A DNA stretch of 64,000 nt, from the NCBI RefSeq assembly GCF_011386835.1, contig NC_088805.1:15562001-15626000 (forward strand). Reading direction: 5' to 3'. Origin of the DNA: Chrysemys picta bellii. Taxonomy: Eukaryota. The notes under the pieces were generated by a model. It ran no database searches and had not been told where the DNA came from. It saw nothing but the letters and a program-made list of their open reading frames with translations. Made by a program: the position numbers and the translations under genes. Shown here piece by piece: positions 35,701 through 48,339 of the stretch (position 1 is the stretch's first letter; every line of letters begins with the position of its first letter).

Positions 35701-38225
35701 AGAATAGCCACCTGCAAGAGTCGTTTGCATGGCTTCCGCGCAATTAATGAGTAAGACTATGAAGTTAGTTTTGAAAAACAAGAGCCCAGAACAGGAGAAA
35801 GTAAAGTCCATTCATAACAAGCAACTATTTTATAGCAATTCTATTAAATTTTCTTCTAACTTGGTAACCATGTTGCTGAATTGAAGGGTTAAATAGGGAG
35901 ATAGATTTTCCAAGCCACCTAATAGATCTGTATGCCTCAGTGACATAAGGCCTATGGAGTACTGTCGAATGCTGAAAGAGCTGCGGTGAGTTAAGGTTTC
36001 TCATCACCATCTCATGCCCCTTTCACATCTGGGCATTAAGAGTGGCAGCTAGCCCTCTCCAAGCCAGTTCTGTTATGTGCATAGAAAAGAAATGGTCATT
36101 GTTTCCTTTCATAGCCCAGTGCCGCAGTGGTGCTGGAGTTACTGGGTATGGCAATTTCTCACCTCACTAAGATTTACTAAATATTCAATGCAGCAGCATC
36201 ACAACAGCAGGTTTGGCAATTTTTTTTCTCCGTTTTCTGATGCAAAGAAATGGATTTTGCTAAACCATGTCACAGTGTAAATGGAGCGCTGCTATGCAAT
36301 TGATTACAAGTGCTGATATGCTTACCCATAGGGAAAAGGCAAACTGCACGACTAAGACCCCTCGATTTGTCATATTCTAATAACAGGGAACTCTTATTGT
36401 TTATAAACGCAGCAAAGGGGACGCCCTCCCCTTACAAACCATAACTCGGCCTGGAAACGTGCCTCCTGTTAGAAGTAATACCTGAGATTCCTGTAACTCT
36501 AGATTTGCCTCACTTCACTTCAACTTTGTAAATTTGACAGCAGTGTGTCTAGCTAATCAATGTCTCCTGTTGTTTGTGAGAGACTCAGAGGCAGGTACTG
36601 GATTAATTCATGGAGGAGATGGAGCATTTTGAAATGTGATTGTAAAGGCATAAATTGGCTGGAGGGACTCAGGGGCAGCTGTAGAGTGTGAAACTACTTT
36701 GGATTCTTTTCTACCAGCTGCCCAACCTTCAAGTGACCGTGTCCCACTGAACTGTCCCATTTTATGAAACTTTCCAGTGTTACATTAACCATTTAGGAAT
36801 AACCAGCCTTAACGTTCTTGGAAACCTGAGCAGGGAGAGAGATCCGGAACAATGTTAGCTTTTTCCTGGGCATTGCATGGGGCAAATCAGGTTCTGGTTA
36901 GCACCACGCCTGAAAGGTCAACTGCTGAGACCCCTTTCCACTGAAGGAGAGATTGCAAGTAGCCCCAGTCAGGGTTACAAAAGCTACACTGGACATGGTG
37001 CTCACTGCCCTACTAGGAAAGGACTCCCACTCCCACTGGGACAGCTTTGAAACCACACCAATAAAAACTGAATTACTGCTTGAGTTAACAGTAGTTTTTG
37101 CATATACTGTAAATAATTCCCTACAGTTCTACACCAATCCCTGCCCAGGGGATGCTATTACAAACATTCAGCCACCTTTGAGAAAAGCATAGCGATTGGT
37201 TAGAATACCTGAGAGAGCTAAATCTTTACTACAGTTTAGAAGCAGGGTTGGGGGAAGAGGGAAGTACCAGATCCCTACTAGCCCTCAGCAGCTACAAAAG
37301 TGATTGGGAGAGGGGCACAGCAGTGAGGTCCAGGACTCACTCCCCTGATCCCCTCCCCCAGCACAGACCCTGCCTGGGGAGAAGGAGAGAGTCCTGGCAA
37401 TTACTGTGAGCCGCACTCCATGGGCACCAGTTATAGGCTCTATCGATTCTCAGGTGCTAGGTGTCAAATCACCATGAAGCATCACAGCCCTCTAGCTGCT
37501 GGAAGGGAGGAGTTTCCTCTTTTCCCTTTGCTGCAGCCTCCTGGTTGCTGTGAGCCACTGGGGGAGGTGTGTCTCCACTACTCCATATCCTCCTCCAGGC
37601 TGCTGAAGGAGCCAGGGAGAAGGAGGGATGAGAAGAGGTGTAGCTAGGGAACTTTCTAGGTCTTCCTTTCCCACCAATCACTCCAGCTCCTCACAGCCTT
37701 CCCAAACCACCACCACAAGAGTGTTCCGAACAGCAGCAGCTGTGAAACTGACCCCAGTCTTAATTTCATTCTGCTGCTGCAGGGCAGAGCTAGGGGCAGC
37801 ACTGGCGCCATCTGCAGAGGGAGGAAGGTGATGCATTGTTTGCATTTGGTAAGCTCTCTTCACAACAGCTCACCAGAAATAATTTAGCAAGTGAAAGCTC
37901 ATGTCTGCCAAAATTAACAGTTTATGCCCCTCTCCCTCACCAGAAAATGCTTCCATTCATTAAAGCAGATTTTTCTAACCCTGAATTGCAACATTAATAC
38001 AAATATTTTTCTGTAGCTTTTAGAAACATCTCCCACCCCTACTTTCACTCTCTCCTCAAGCAAACCGTGCTAATGCATCTGCTCAGCACTTGTTGCCGTG
38101 GTGGTTATCCTCTGTCAGCTTGACGCTTCTACTGCCAAGCAGAGCAAGGCAGAAAACGCAGCTCACTAAAGTGACTGACTGGGGATCAGAGACTTTCAAG
38201 CTTGTAAGGAAAGTTCTGCTTTTAA

Positions 38226-38270
38226 AGAGAGAGAGAGAGAGAGACACACACACACACACACACACACACA
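38226..38270. repeat. Compound (GA)n(CA)n microsatellite
   Basis: Direct read. Confidence 0.9.
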
Positions 38271-39668
38271 GACTGGCCATTAACAACAAAAAATAGAATT
38301 TTTATACCTTGGAAAAGCCAAGTGATCTCGCCAATTCAACTACAGCCTGAGCCAATGGCCATTGAAGTCAATGAGAAGCTGACTACTGAAGTCAGTGGAA
38401 ACTGGATCAGGACCATATGGAGCTGTGTTGTGGTTCCCTAAGCCACATCAGATGGACAAGGTGGCAGCTCTATTTGCAATGATTATATTTGAGACACACA
38501 AAAAAACAGGGAAGCATTCCTTGTAACCAGAGGCAGTGCGTAGCAATTTCCTAGTGCACAAGAAATTACAAAGGCTGCTGACTTTCCACTTTGACCCCCT
38601 CTATATCCTAAAAAACAAGGCCTCTGCACTTGAAAGGTGATGCCACAGCAATAGTAAATCTCACTGTCCCAGGCTGGCCTCTCCCTCAAATGACTGCATT
38701 CAATGTCAGAGCTTTGTAAAATGCCTGTGTGCTTCAGACCAAACACTGATGACTTGTTTTTTCTGCTCAGATTCTAAGTTTTCCGAAGTTCTTTATGACA
38801 TCTACAACTTGCTGGGTATTTCAGATGCGCCCTCACATCCCTATCTCCTGCTGTACTTCACTGCAGGGCAAAAATACTCGCCACGTTTCTGGACTCTATC
38901 GAGGAGGGCAGACTAATAGAAAATGTGTGCACTGAAGGCTGCTCCCCTGTGTCCTCAAAGGACTAATGCTCGCCATGGGGCCTGTTGGACACTGAAGAGT
39001 GCAGTTTAAATGGATGGAAAGTTAGAGAGGCTTTCTGGTATTTTGGCTCTTTCTATGTAGAACTGGGATTGGAAGAGGAAAGAATACGGAGACTTGCCTA
39101 CATCTCTTCTTTACTCAGCAGAACAGCATTTCAGCGGAATGCAAAGTCATAAGCAAGGAAGTTTCACACCTTGGTTCAGGCCTTAATACAAAGGCTCGCT
39201 ACACTTTATAAATAGACACATCTGTACAGAAAGAGAGGCACTCAAATGCAGTCAGTAGGGTCAAGCTTTTTAAAAAACCGAGAAGAATTACAAAAAATAT
39301 CCCAAACATTTCTGGCTATTTTCCAAAAGTCCACGCCCTTTTATGCTATTTCTGGAAGCGTCCTTGTCCCCTACCGATTCTGTGTAACACGTCCACATGG
39401 TACTAAGAGAAATTATACCACACTGGTAAATATTCTGCTTCCAAAACGCATGTCGCAGGCTGCTCCACTCTCGTTCTAGTAATGGCATGTCAAGTGTGGG
39501 AACTATGCACTACTCAAGGGCAGAAATGGTCCCAAATCCAGCAACTGTTCGATCACATTCTAGCAGCTTTAAGCAAATGCCCCTGGCTCCTGGCAAAGTA
39601 TACTGCCCTCAGCTTGCACACAGCGCTGCACTGCCAATTATGCAGCCCCCTGCTGGTGAAGATGGTAG

Positions 39669-39954
39669 TCAGAAGAAATCAGATGCCTTTCGTCTTTTAG
39701 GGAGCTGCAGCAGGTTGTCGGTGATTGAAGCGGGATCTTGTGTTACTGGAGTCTCAGAGACAGTCCTAGGAGGTGGGGTGCTAGTGGGTGTGTGAGACCC
39801 TCCTGCTGGGGTCTTATATCCAGGGGTTCCTGGGTGTGCTGGAGAAGGGGTATAACTGGCTCGCAGGGCTTTGTCAGTGTATTTGCTCGCAGTCCTATTT
39901 ACTAGTCGTTGCAATGCTGGTGACATAGCTGGACTCAGTCCTTTTGGAGTGAGG
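39669..39954 (-). CDS. ESS2: ESS2/DGCR14 exon 10 (last coding exon, 286 nt)
   Basis: LTPKGLSPAMSPALQRLV...DPASITDNLLQLPKRRKASDFF*; TTGCAG acceptor. Confidence 0.95.
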
Positions 39955-40664
39955 CTGCAATAGAAGCAGAGTAGTTTTAAAAAAAGCAAAAGGGCTTTTT
40001 AAATAAAAAGCGATGCTGTGTAGCAGAGTACACAGAGCACTGAATAGACAGCACCTGCCAGGCCCTGCAAACTCTGACTCGCACACTCCCTTCTCCTTCC
40101 ACTCCTGCATCACTTGAATCATTCAGAGCACAGCTCAGGACAGAACCTGGCCATTCTGCTCTCCTGGCAGCAATGCCTGAACTCTCCCCCCTCACTTGTG
40201 TGGTTAAACCTCAGCCCCACTGTCCCTCTCTCTGATTAATAGCAGGAGCGCCTCATATGTGAGCAATGCTCCCTGGGCTTTTCTTTGGGTCCATTGAGTC
40301 CTCTCCGTCCCCACCACAAACAATCAAGGCCTGGAACTTCTCTGCCTTTTGTGATCAGTTGGGGGCACTTACCCTCCTGGAGCAAGGGCCGTTTGGCCTG
40401 GGAGGAAAGTTCCCAAAGTACATGCCTCTCCACCATACTGCCAACAGCCTTCTCCTAGAAACTGGGCTTATTCACATATAAAGTCTCTTCCCAGCTTGAA
40501 TGTATCCATTCTTGCATCTCAAAGCCCCTCCTTCTCCTGATCCTTGTACTCCTTCTCCTAACCCAAATGCCTTTCCTCTATGCATGCTGGTTTAACTCTC
40601 TTACTAGACAGCACTTGCTATTCTCCCCCACTGCCAGGGACAGTTTACTATGGAGAAATCTCAC

Positions 40665-40780
40665 TTGGCCAAGTTTTCCGTGACTCTTCTTAATGCTTCC
40701 TGTTTCTTTGCTCGGTTTTTAGCAGCCGCTTCATTGGCCATCTTGAGTCCTAACCGCTCTCTGCGCCCAGGCTCCAGGAT
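40665..40780 (-). CDS. ESS2: ESS2 exon 9 (116 nt)
   Basis: ILEPGRRERLGLKMANEAAAKNRAKKQEALRRVTENLA; AG/GT boundaries. Confidence 0.95.
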
Positions 40781-41677
40781 CTGTAAATACACCAAACCAG
40801 GTAAGTCTCCAGGCTGCTAACCAGTCACATTCATAGCTGGAGTCCAACCCGTAAGGATCTACATTAAGGATGGGAGGGGAAGAGAACCCACTCTTGGCTT
40901 TGCTGCTATCTGGACAGCCAGAGGCAGTTGAAGATACAGCAGGATCTCCAAGCTGAAAATCTGTGTAAGAAAAGTGGTAAAACAGTAACTGCCTCCTTGG
41001 CTGAGCTGAACTCTGGCATTTCCTCCAGCTGTCTCCCCTGAACAAAATGGGTCACCTCTGTTTTACCTTAGCTCTCATCCAAGCCCCAATCACTGCTAAG
41101 TTCCGGGAAAACCAACCAACTGCACTGCCCAGGTCTGACAAAACAGAGACAGAAAAGTTCCACTGCTACCACCTCAGGAATCACATCCAAAGATCCTCAC
41201 TGTCTCCAGGTAGGGAATGGGAGACGTCCTGCATCTAAGGTGAGATGCAACTAGTAGAGCCACACCACCTCCCCAAACCTCACTGGACTCAGATGTCTCA
41301 GCTGGTGGTGATGGGCCAGCAGGACGAAGCTGGAAGGAAGCCACCCAGCAGGGGGAAGTTTGATTTAAGGCTCCCTATCTACTTATCGATCAAATCACAA
41401 AAATGAGACACCCTCCTCTTCTCCAGACTCCTGGAGAACCCCAGAATATTCGACCCCCAACCTCAGGATGTCTGGGATGGACCATGAGCATTAGGTGGCT
41501 CATGGCCAGGCATTTTATCCAGCTAAACTCTACCCATAGGACCTAGATAGCCAGTACCACAGCCAAGTCATAACTCTTACAATAATCAATGTTAATCTAT
41601 TAGTGACTCCTCCCCTACCCCGCCACCCCAGTCCATCCCCCCCAAAAATCTGAGTGATGAATTCTGACGTGGAATAC

Positions 41678-41787
41678 CTTAAAGGCCGGTCCAGGTGTCC
41701 TGTCCACATACGGCGTTTCTGACCCATCTACTCGTAATGGGGTGCTCTCGATCTCACCCCACGTCATAAGAGGAGAGTCATTGACAC
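41678..41787 (-). CDS. ESS2: ESS2 exon 8 (110 nt)
   Basis: VNDSPLMTWGEIESTPLRVDGSETPYVDRTPGPAFK; AG/GT boundaries. Confidence 0.95.
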
Positions 41788-42489
41788 CTAGCAACAAGTT
41801 AAGAAGCATCAGTCTGGAATGCAAAACATTTGTAGAGACGGCAACACGCAGCACATCTGCCCTAACACCGGGGCGGTCTTCTCCCCACAACAGTAAACAG
41901 AAGCTGGTTATGAAACAGCATAAATCACTGGTCACCCAATGGAACAGCCATTACTCCAGAGACAATCACACTCACTATAGGAAAGAGACACCATCCCTTT
42001 AACAATAGCTAGAGCTGCAGGGCAATTTCCCAGAGCCTGATCTGGTAGCTGGCTTGTCAAGATAAACAATAGGATCTTCCACCGAGCTGATTTCTGTTGT
42101 AGAGAAGATTTACACCACGGAAAGGATCTGCACTGAACATGCCAGCTGCAGGCTTTGCCAGGTGCTGGAAAGGATGCAAGGCTCCCCAGTCTTCAGTCCG
42201 AATGATGAAAAATAAATGGTTGCAGGAAGGTCAGCATAAGATCAGTTAGCACGCAGTAAAAACAGAGCCCATTAGATTCTGATTAAGTACCAGAGAGGTC
42301 ATTATACAGAATCCACGATACAGATCTATTTGAAGGGAGAGAGAGAAAAAGCGGTAGGGCTGAGGGAGACTGGGAGTGGCGATAATGGATTGCAAAATGA
42401 ACAGGAGCTTGCAATGCACTATGGATCACAGAGACTCTGTTTGAATCAGAATGGCACAAAACCCCAGCGTGTTGTTACTGGATCTATCC

Positions 42490-44810
42490 TAGTACAGGGG
42501 CTGCCCTTTGGATGAGATGGTGAATCATTACCATTCTGAACTGGCCTCAGCCACTGACACACTGGCTCCAAAACAGTCCCTTCCTCCCCATCACGCTCAC
42601 AGATTTCCTTGGGTTTCTGACACCCTGCACTGGATGAAAAGAGACGGGCCCAAACTCAAGCACCGATGGCAGAAAACAAAGGCTGATTCAGACAGAATGA
42701 AACAATGAATTCCTCAAAGCCTGGGCAGAGGCTGTATTACCTGCCTAGAGAACTTCCTATCAGCCTCCACTGAGGCTGCCAAATCTCTCCTAAGGAGCTA
42801 TCCAGATGGCAAACCACATCATTAATCCACCTACAACCTGCATTAGAGCCAGGCACCAAGTGCTCAGAAGAACTCTCTTACTTTGCTGAAAAGATCCCAC
42901 ACATTCAGGAAGGCTTCTCAACCAGCATGGATCCACTCCGCCTGCACCCATCAGCCCACCTGCATTCCCAGAGTTCAGGGCATTCACTCACCAAGAGGTT
43001 GTGGACACCCTAAAGGAGTCCCAGCACAAGACTTGTGAATCTGACCCACACTGCTGCAGGCTTGTTCGTGACTCTCTTTCACAACAGTGCCGCTCCTGAC
43101 CAAAACAGCCAGAGCTTTATCCAGAGACAGAATCTGCCCTTCCTCCTTCAAATACAAAGCAGTCCTACCAACACTGAAGAAACTCACCCTGGATACTTCA
43201 GTCCTAGTCATCTTTCAGCCCGTGTCAAACCTCCCATTCCTGAGCAAGTTTACAAAGAAGCTAGCCAGAGACCAACTACTAGCTGAGGTTGACGGTCTAG
43301 ACCCGGCACAATCCGTATTCACGCCAGGATACAAAACTGAAACTGCTTTAGTGGTTCTGCTGGATGATCTCCTGCTGTCGCTGGCTAGAGGGCAGAGAGA
43401 CTCCATTCTCCTCCTCCTGAACTTCTCTGCAGTGTTCAACACCGTTGACCATGAGATGCTATGATCTCACCTGAGAGGGGTGGCAGGAGTGCAAGGTAAT
43501 GTGCTAAAATGGTCTCAGTCCTTCCTGGAGGAATGCACCCAAAGAGTAGTGAAGGGAAACTGCACCTCCACTACTAGACCCCTCACTTGTGGGTTCTACA
43601 AAGATCAATTCTCTCTCCAGGCCTTCTCAATATCGACATGCAGCCACTAGGTGAACTGCTCAATCGACATGGACTCAAGTGCCACTAACATGCAGAAGAC
43701 TCACAGCTCTCCCTATCCTTCACATCACATGTCCACATCACTAGCACCACGATAGCCCAGTGCTTGGCTGAGATCAGCTCATGGACGAAGAACAGCTGGC
43801 AGAACCTGAACAAAACACAGGTGATGCTGCTGGGCAGAGAAAGGGATTTTGAGGAGTTTGCAGCCACGGTGCAATCTCCTTTGATTGATGCAAAATTGGT
43901 CACGTCAGTCCACAGTCTAGGAAGACTCTTGGATTCCTCACTGACTCTGAACTCTCACATAGCAACAGCTGCGAGTAATGCTTTCTATCCTCTCTAGTTG
44001 GTTAGGACGCTCTGTACCATCCTGGCAGCCGAAGACCCACCCTCAGTTATTCATGTCTTCATCACTGCTCGGCAGGACTACAGCAACGTGATATACCTGG
44101 GCATGAAACCGAAACTCCAGCTAGGACAAAACACTGCAGCACGTCTCCTCAGCAGCACAGGTTGCTGCAAGCACATCGCACCTGTCCTCCGCTCTCTACA
44201 CTGGCTTCCCATAGAATAGTCGATCAAGTTCAAGGTCTCAGACCATATCTTCAAACCGCACCATTGCCTGGGTCCAGCTGATCTAAAAGCCCGTCTAAAG
44301 CTCCAGGCCAAAGCCCGTGGTGGACAGCTTCACTGCTCTGGCACAAGGGAACTCTGCACAACACGGGTAAAGCTTGTCGGTGCAGGAGACGGAGCCTTCT
44401 CCAGGGGTGGCCCAAGACTGTGGAATGAATTCCCTCCAGAGCCGAGGACTATCACAAACCTCCCCACTTTCCACTTCAAGTGCAAGGCGCATTCCTTTGA
44501 CGTGCCTGCTCCAATATAAGCACTTAGCAACCAGTATATTATTTATTTAACCATTAAAAACTGAAGGGAAAAAAAAAAAGACAAGACAAAAAGCCCTCCC
44601 AAAACATGACATTCCCCCACACACTTCTCCCTCTGGGAAGAGGACGACAGAATAAACAACACATGACAGATGTGCTTAATGCGCTACTGGAAGGCACTCA
44701 GCTACTTTAGTGATGAGTACTGTATAAAAAAAAAATCTATATAGAATAGAACTGCTCGCGCGGGGAGAGAGGAGGGCAGTAAATGTCTGTGAAATGCTTT
44801 GAGATCCTTG
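42490..44810 (+). mobile_element. L2/CR1-clade LINE, decayed, antisense in ESS2 intron 7
   Basis: RT-like QSVFTPGYKTETALVVLLDDLL..LLLLNFSAVFNTVDHEML, LQLGQNTAARLL..APVLRSLHWLPI; many stops. Confidence 0.8.
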
Positions 44811-45084
44811 GATATAGGCACTAGAGGACAATCACCACCAGAAAGTTACAAGTGCCGTGCTCCCCTCAGAGTTCCTATAAGCCTTTCCTAGGATGATTTA
44901 ATCCATTCAGCCCGAGTCCAGCGAAGCAGCATACAACTCTCAGAGCCTCCCGAGCCCAGCATCGTTTCGGTCTTTGGACTGAGATTTAACAGAACACTAA
45001 GTTGGCATATTCTCTACCCCAGAGACCCATTGGCTCAGCAGACATATAGAATGGAAGTCAAAGAGCAAAAAAGTCTCCTCTTAC

Positions 45085-45187
45085 CAGGGGCAGGAGAGGG
45101 GGTGGCCACAAATCCATATCCATTCACTTTTGGAGACTCCTGGGGGATCAGCTCCTTCCCATCTGGCCCTACTTTGCCCTGTTTGTA
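45085..45187 (-). CDS. ESS2: ESS2 exon 7 (103 nt)
   Basis: YKQGKVGPDGKELIPQESPKVNGYGFVATPSPAP; TAG acceptor, GTAAG donor. Confidence 0.95.
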
Positions 45188-45306
45188 CTAGAACAGAAAA
45201 GTTGGCATCAATTAGGCGCATTCACCACGTTCAATTCTCATAGCTCATGCACCTCTCCCCAATTAAGGGTATTTCGGTCACAAGCCTGTCCTGTCTGTAA
45301 ACCAAC

Positions 45307-45440
45307 CTGGGCATTGAGGGCTGCTGCCTGCTGGAGCTGGGATTTGCTCACAGCTTGGCTGAATGGATCTCTCAGAAAGCGGGTGTTTCTATGGACAACT
45401 TCTCGAGGCTTCTTAAACACATCATCCTCATCGGGCACAC
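45307..45440 (-). CDS. ESS2: ESS2 exon 6 (134 nt)
   Basis: VPDEDDVFKKPREVVHRNTRFLRDPFSQAVSKSQLQQAAALNAQ; AG/GT boundaries. Confidence 0.95.
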
Positions 45441-46208
45441 CTGGAATGGCAAGCAAAGGCATCAAGGAAAGGGCTGAGGGCCCACTAACGGGCAGGCTGG
45501 CCTAAAGCCCCAAACAAACACACAATCTCAGTGGTCAGTACACAGTTCTGCAAGACGCAATGTACAGATGAAATTATATTTTGCCGTTTCCACCCATTTA
45601 AAATAAAGTTCACACTAATGCAGTTAGGTGTCTAACCTACCGCCTGAAAAACAAGGACAAATCAAGGCTACATTAGAAAAGCAGGATACACACAAGAGTT
45701 CCCATATTTCACATGAAGGCTATTTACCATGCATTCATAGCCAAAAAAGGCATCTAGGCCCAGTCTGGGTTTGTTAAAGGATCCCATTGCCTTTTAGACA
45801 GCAGCCAAGGGACCAGCAAACCCCACGTATACAGAGCTGAGTAGGACGGTAGGAGGAAAGAGGGGAACTGAAAGTGCTCATTAACAAGGCAAACCCAATA
45901 GAAAGGAGCTAGGACTCCTGAAAACAAACACCCACTGCAGTGTGGGGAATGAGCGACAGGATGACAAATGGCAGCCCGGGCGAAACGACGCAGAAATGAC
46001 GTGGGAAAGAATGAAACTGATCAGATCCCCGCCTTGCAGAAGGAAAAGCTGCAAAGTGCAATCTTACCACAGTGACAGCAAGTCAGACACCCGAACAAGC
46101 GTTGGGGAAAGCAAAGCTGAAATGCAGGTGCTGTGTGGCATCCGCCCACCTGAACTAGTGCATGTTTCCAAATCTGCTGATGCCTCTGAAGGAGACAGTT
46201 TGCTTTAC

Positions 46209-46326
46209 CTGCTGGGTAATACATCAGGGAATTCTGAGCCTTGTACTCCCAGGTCTCCACGCCAGCTTTCCCGCTCTCTAGTGCCTGCTGCTCTGCTGAG
46301 GGAAGCGCCAGATTCTCAAGTCGTCG
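46209..46326 (-). CDS. ESS2: ESS2 exon 5 (118 nt)
   Basis: RRLENLALPSAEQQALESGKAGVETWEYKAQNSLMYYPA; AG/GT boundaries. Confidence 0.95.
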
Positions 46327-47503
46327 CTGGAATCAAATTTAAAACAAAGCCTGAATTTCAGATTCTCATTTCAGACTGAAAAATCAGCTTGATAATTCAT
46401 CTCCTTGTTGCTCTGCTTTTCATCTCTTACTTCTTCTGTCTTTCAGAGGAGAGCAGTTCAGAGATTGGATTTATTTGAAGAGACCAGATACAACTGCTAT
46501 ACAATAAGATATGAAGTTTAAAGGAAGAGGTACAAATATTAGCCCTGGAATGGCTTCTTGCATTTCTGTATCGCTCTTCTGTACCCTAGGCTGACTCAAT
46601 CACTGCGTTTTGAGAATGCTACTCTGGTGTCGGCCTTTTAACTTTGGTATCAGATATTTTGAGTGGACAGGATGTATACACAAAAAAAGTGCACTTTATT
46701 ATAGAATCTTTGTAAACTTAAATTACACAAAGCTCTTTGAGATTAAATGCTGAGCAGTCCTCTAGAAATACTGACAGCAGAGCTCCCAGTAACAGCTTCC
46801 CTCTCCCCAAGTCCCATAAAACTTTATTAACTAGACAAGACACTTTTTCAGTGCTTCCTGTCATATTTAACACACTTCATATCAGCAACACAGAGGATTC
46901 TGAATGCCAATACTTGAAAAAGAACCGGAATCCGTCTGCCAAAGAATAAGGCATTGACAGATGAATACGAAGAGCAGTTCAACAACTCGCTAAGGGATGT
47001 TGCCAAGAATTCTGACACTTGCACTTAGACAGTGCTTCACATTTTCAAAGCTCTGTATAACATATATCCTCAACACCCCTGATGTACGTCAATATTCTCC
47101 CCAGGCTATAGATAGGAAAAACAGGAGCACAAAGGGGTTTAGTGAGTTGTCAAATACTACAGCAAGTTGGGGCAGAGCCAGGATTAAACTCCGGAGTTGC
47201 TAGCTCACTAGCTAGATCTCACTGCATCACACACACACAACTCAAAAGCAAGCAGTCAGTGTTGTGTCCTTGATGCATCAGTCTGAATAATTCAACAGTC
47301 ACATCTCTAGAGACAAGGAACAATCACAATGGGTTCAAGTGGGACTCAACAATAGAAGGGAACTTAATACTCTCTCCTCTCCCTGTCAAAGGCAAGGGAA
47401 GAAACCAGAAATCATCTTTCTCCCTCATTTGGTTAAACAGAAGCCAGCCCATGTCCACAGTACTATGTTAGAAAAGCTCAGCTTTCAGGAGCCATTTCCC
47501 TAC

Positions 47504-47673
47504 CTGGGCAAACTCCTCTTCTGCTTCGTACAGCCAAGAATGCCTGGCCTTTTCCTTCTCTTTGGCCACTTCCATGATCTGCTCAAATGAAGCATTATCT
47601 TCACTGGTGTGTTTTATTAAGAAGCTGTCCAGGCTGGGAAGAATATCCTTACTCTGTTCTTTCTCCACTTCTC
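47504..47673 (-). CDS. ESS2: ESS2 exon 4 (170 nt)
   Basis: LPSLDSFLIKHTSEDNASFEQIMEVAKEKEKARHSWLYEAEEEFAQ; AG/GT boundaries. Confidence 0.95.
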
Positions 47674-48243
47674 CTAGAGAGATGAGGGAATAAGTCTGAC
47701 GAAGGGGTTCACACTCCCCTTTCTGTAATGAGCAATGCCTGGTTATTAATCCCCCATGCAGGTATTTTCCCCCACTGGTCCACTCTTAACTTGAGCATTG
47801 ATGAGGAATCTGTATCTAAAATGAAAGTACATATGAAGTACAGAGTAGTAGTAGCATTGACTTGACTTACTGAAGGATCAGTGACACTTTTCAACACCCA
47901 TCCCAGTTAGGATCACTCGTTTATTCACATTAAAGGACAATTCAGACGTAGTTTGCTGCCAGATGACAAGTCCGTGTTCATACTGTCCTGTACATGAATA
48001 GCTGTGCTCTTACCATCTTGCCCACAGGCAGAAACCCTTTTCTTGGGAAGCAATGAAGCTCTCACATCAGAACCGGTTACTGATCCATGCAGACCCACAT
48101 CCCACTCAACCTGTGATGGAGTTTCACTTAGAGCAGATATTAGACGGGGCCACTTTAGTGGAAGGTTAACACCTGATAACATCCACAGTAGTATTTCCCC
48201 TCCTGCTGGAGAACCCAAATAAAAAGGATAGCCCCTTCCCTAC

Positions 48244-48339
48244 CTTCCTCCGCAGCTTTGAGCCCAATCTTGGGTTTGTTCAACAAGGAAGAGGTGCCTG
48301 GGTGCACTTCGGGTGTTTCAAATGTGGCTGGAGTAACAT
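48244..48339 (-). CDS. ESS2: ESS2 exon 3 (96 nt)
   Basis: VTPATFETPEVHPGTSSLLNKPKIGLKAAEE; CAG acceptor, GTAGG donor. Confidence 0.95.

Noticed and set aside
47797-47876. C/D-box snoRNA-like TGATGA...CTGA pair
   Set aside because: Lies antisense to the host ESS2 intron and lacks a terminal stem.
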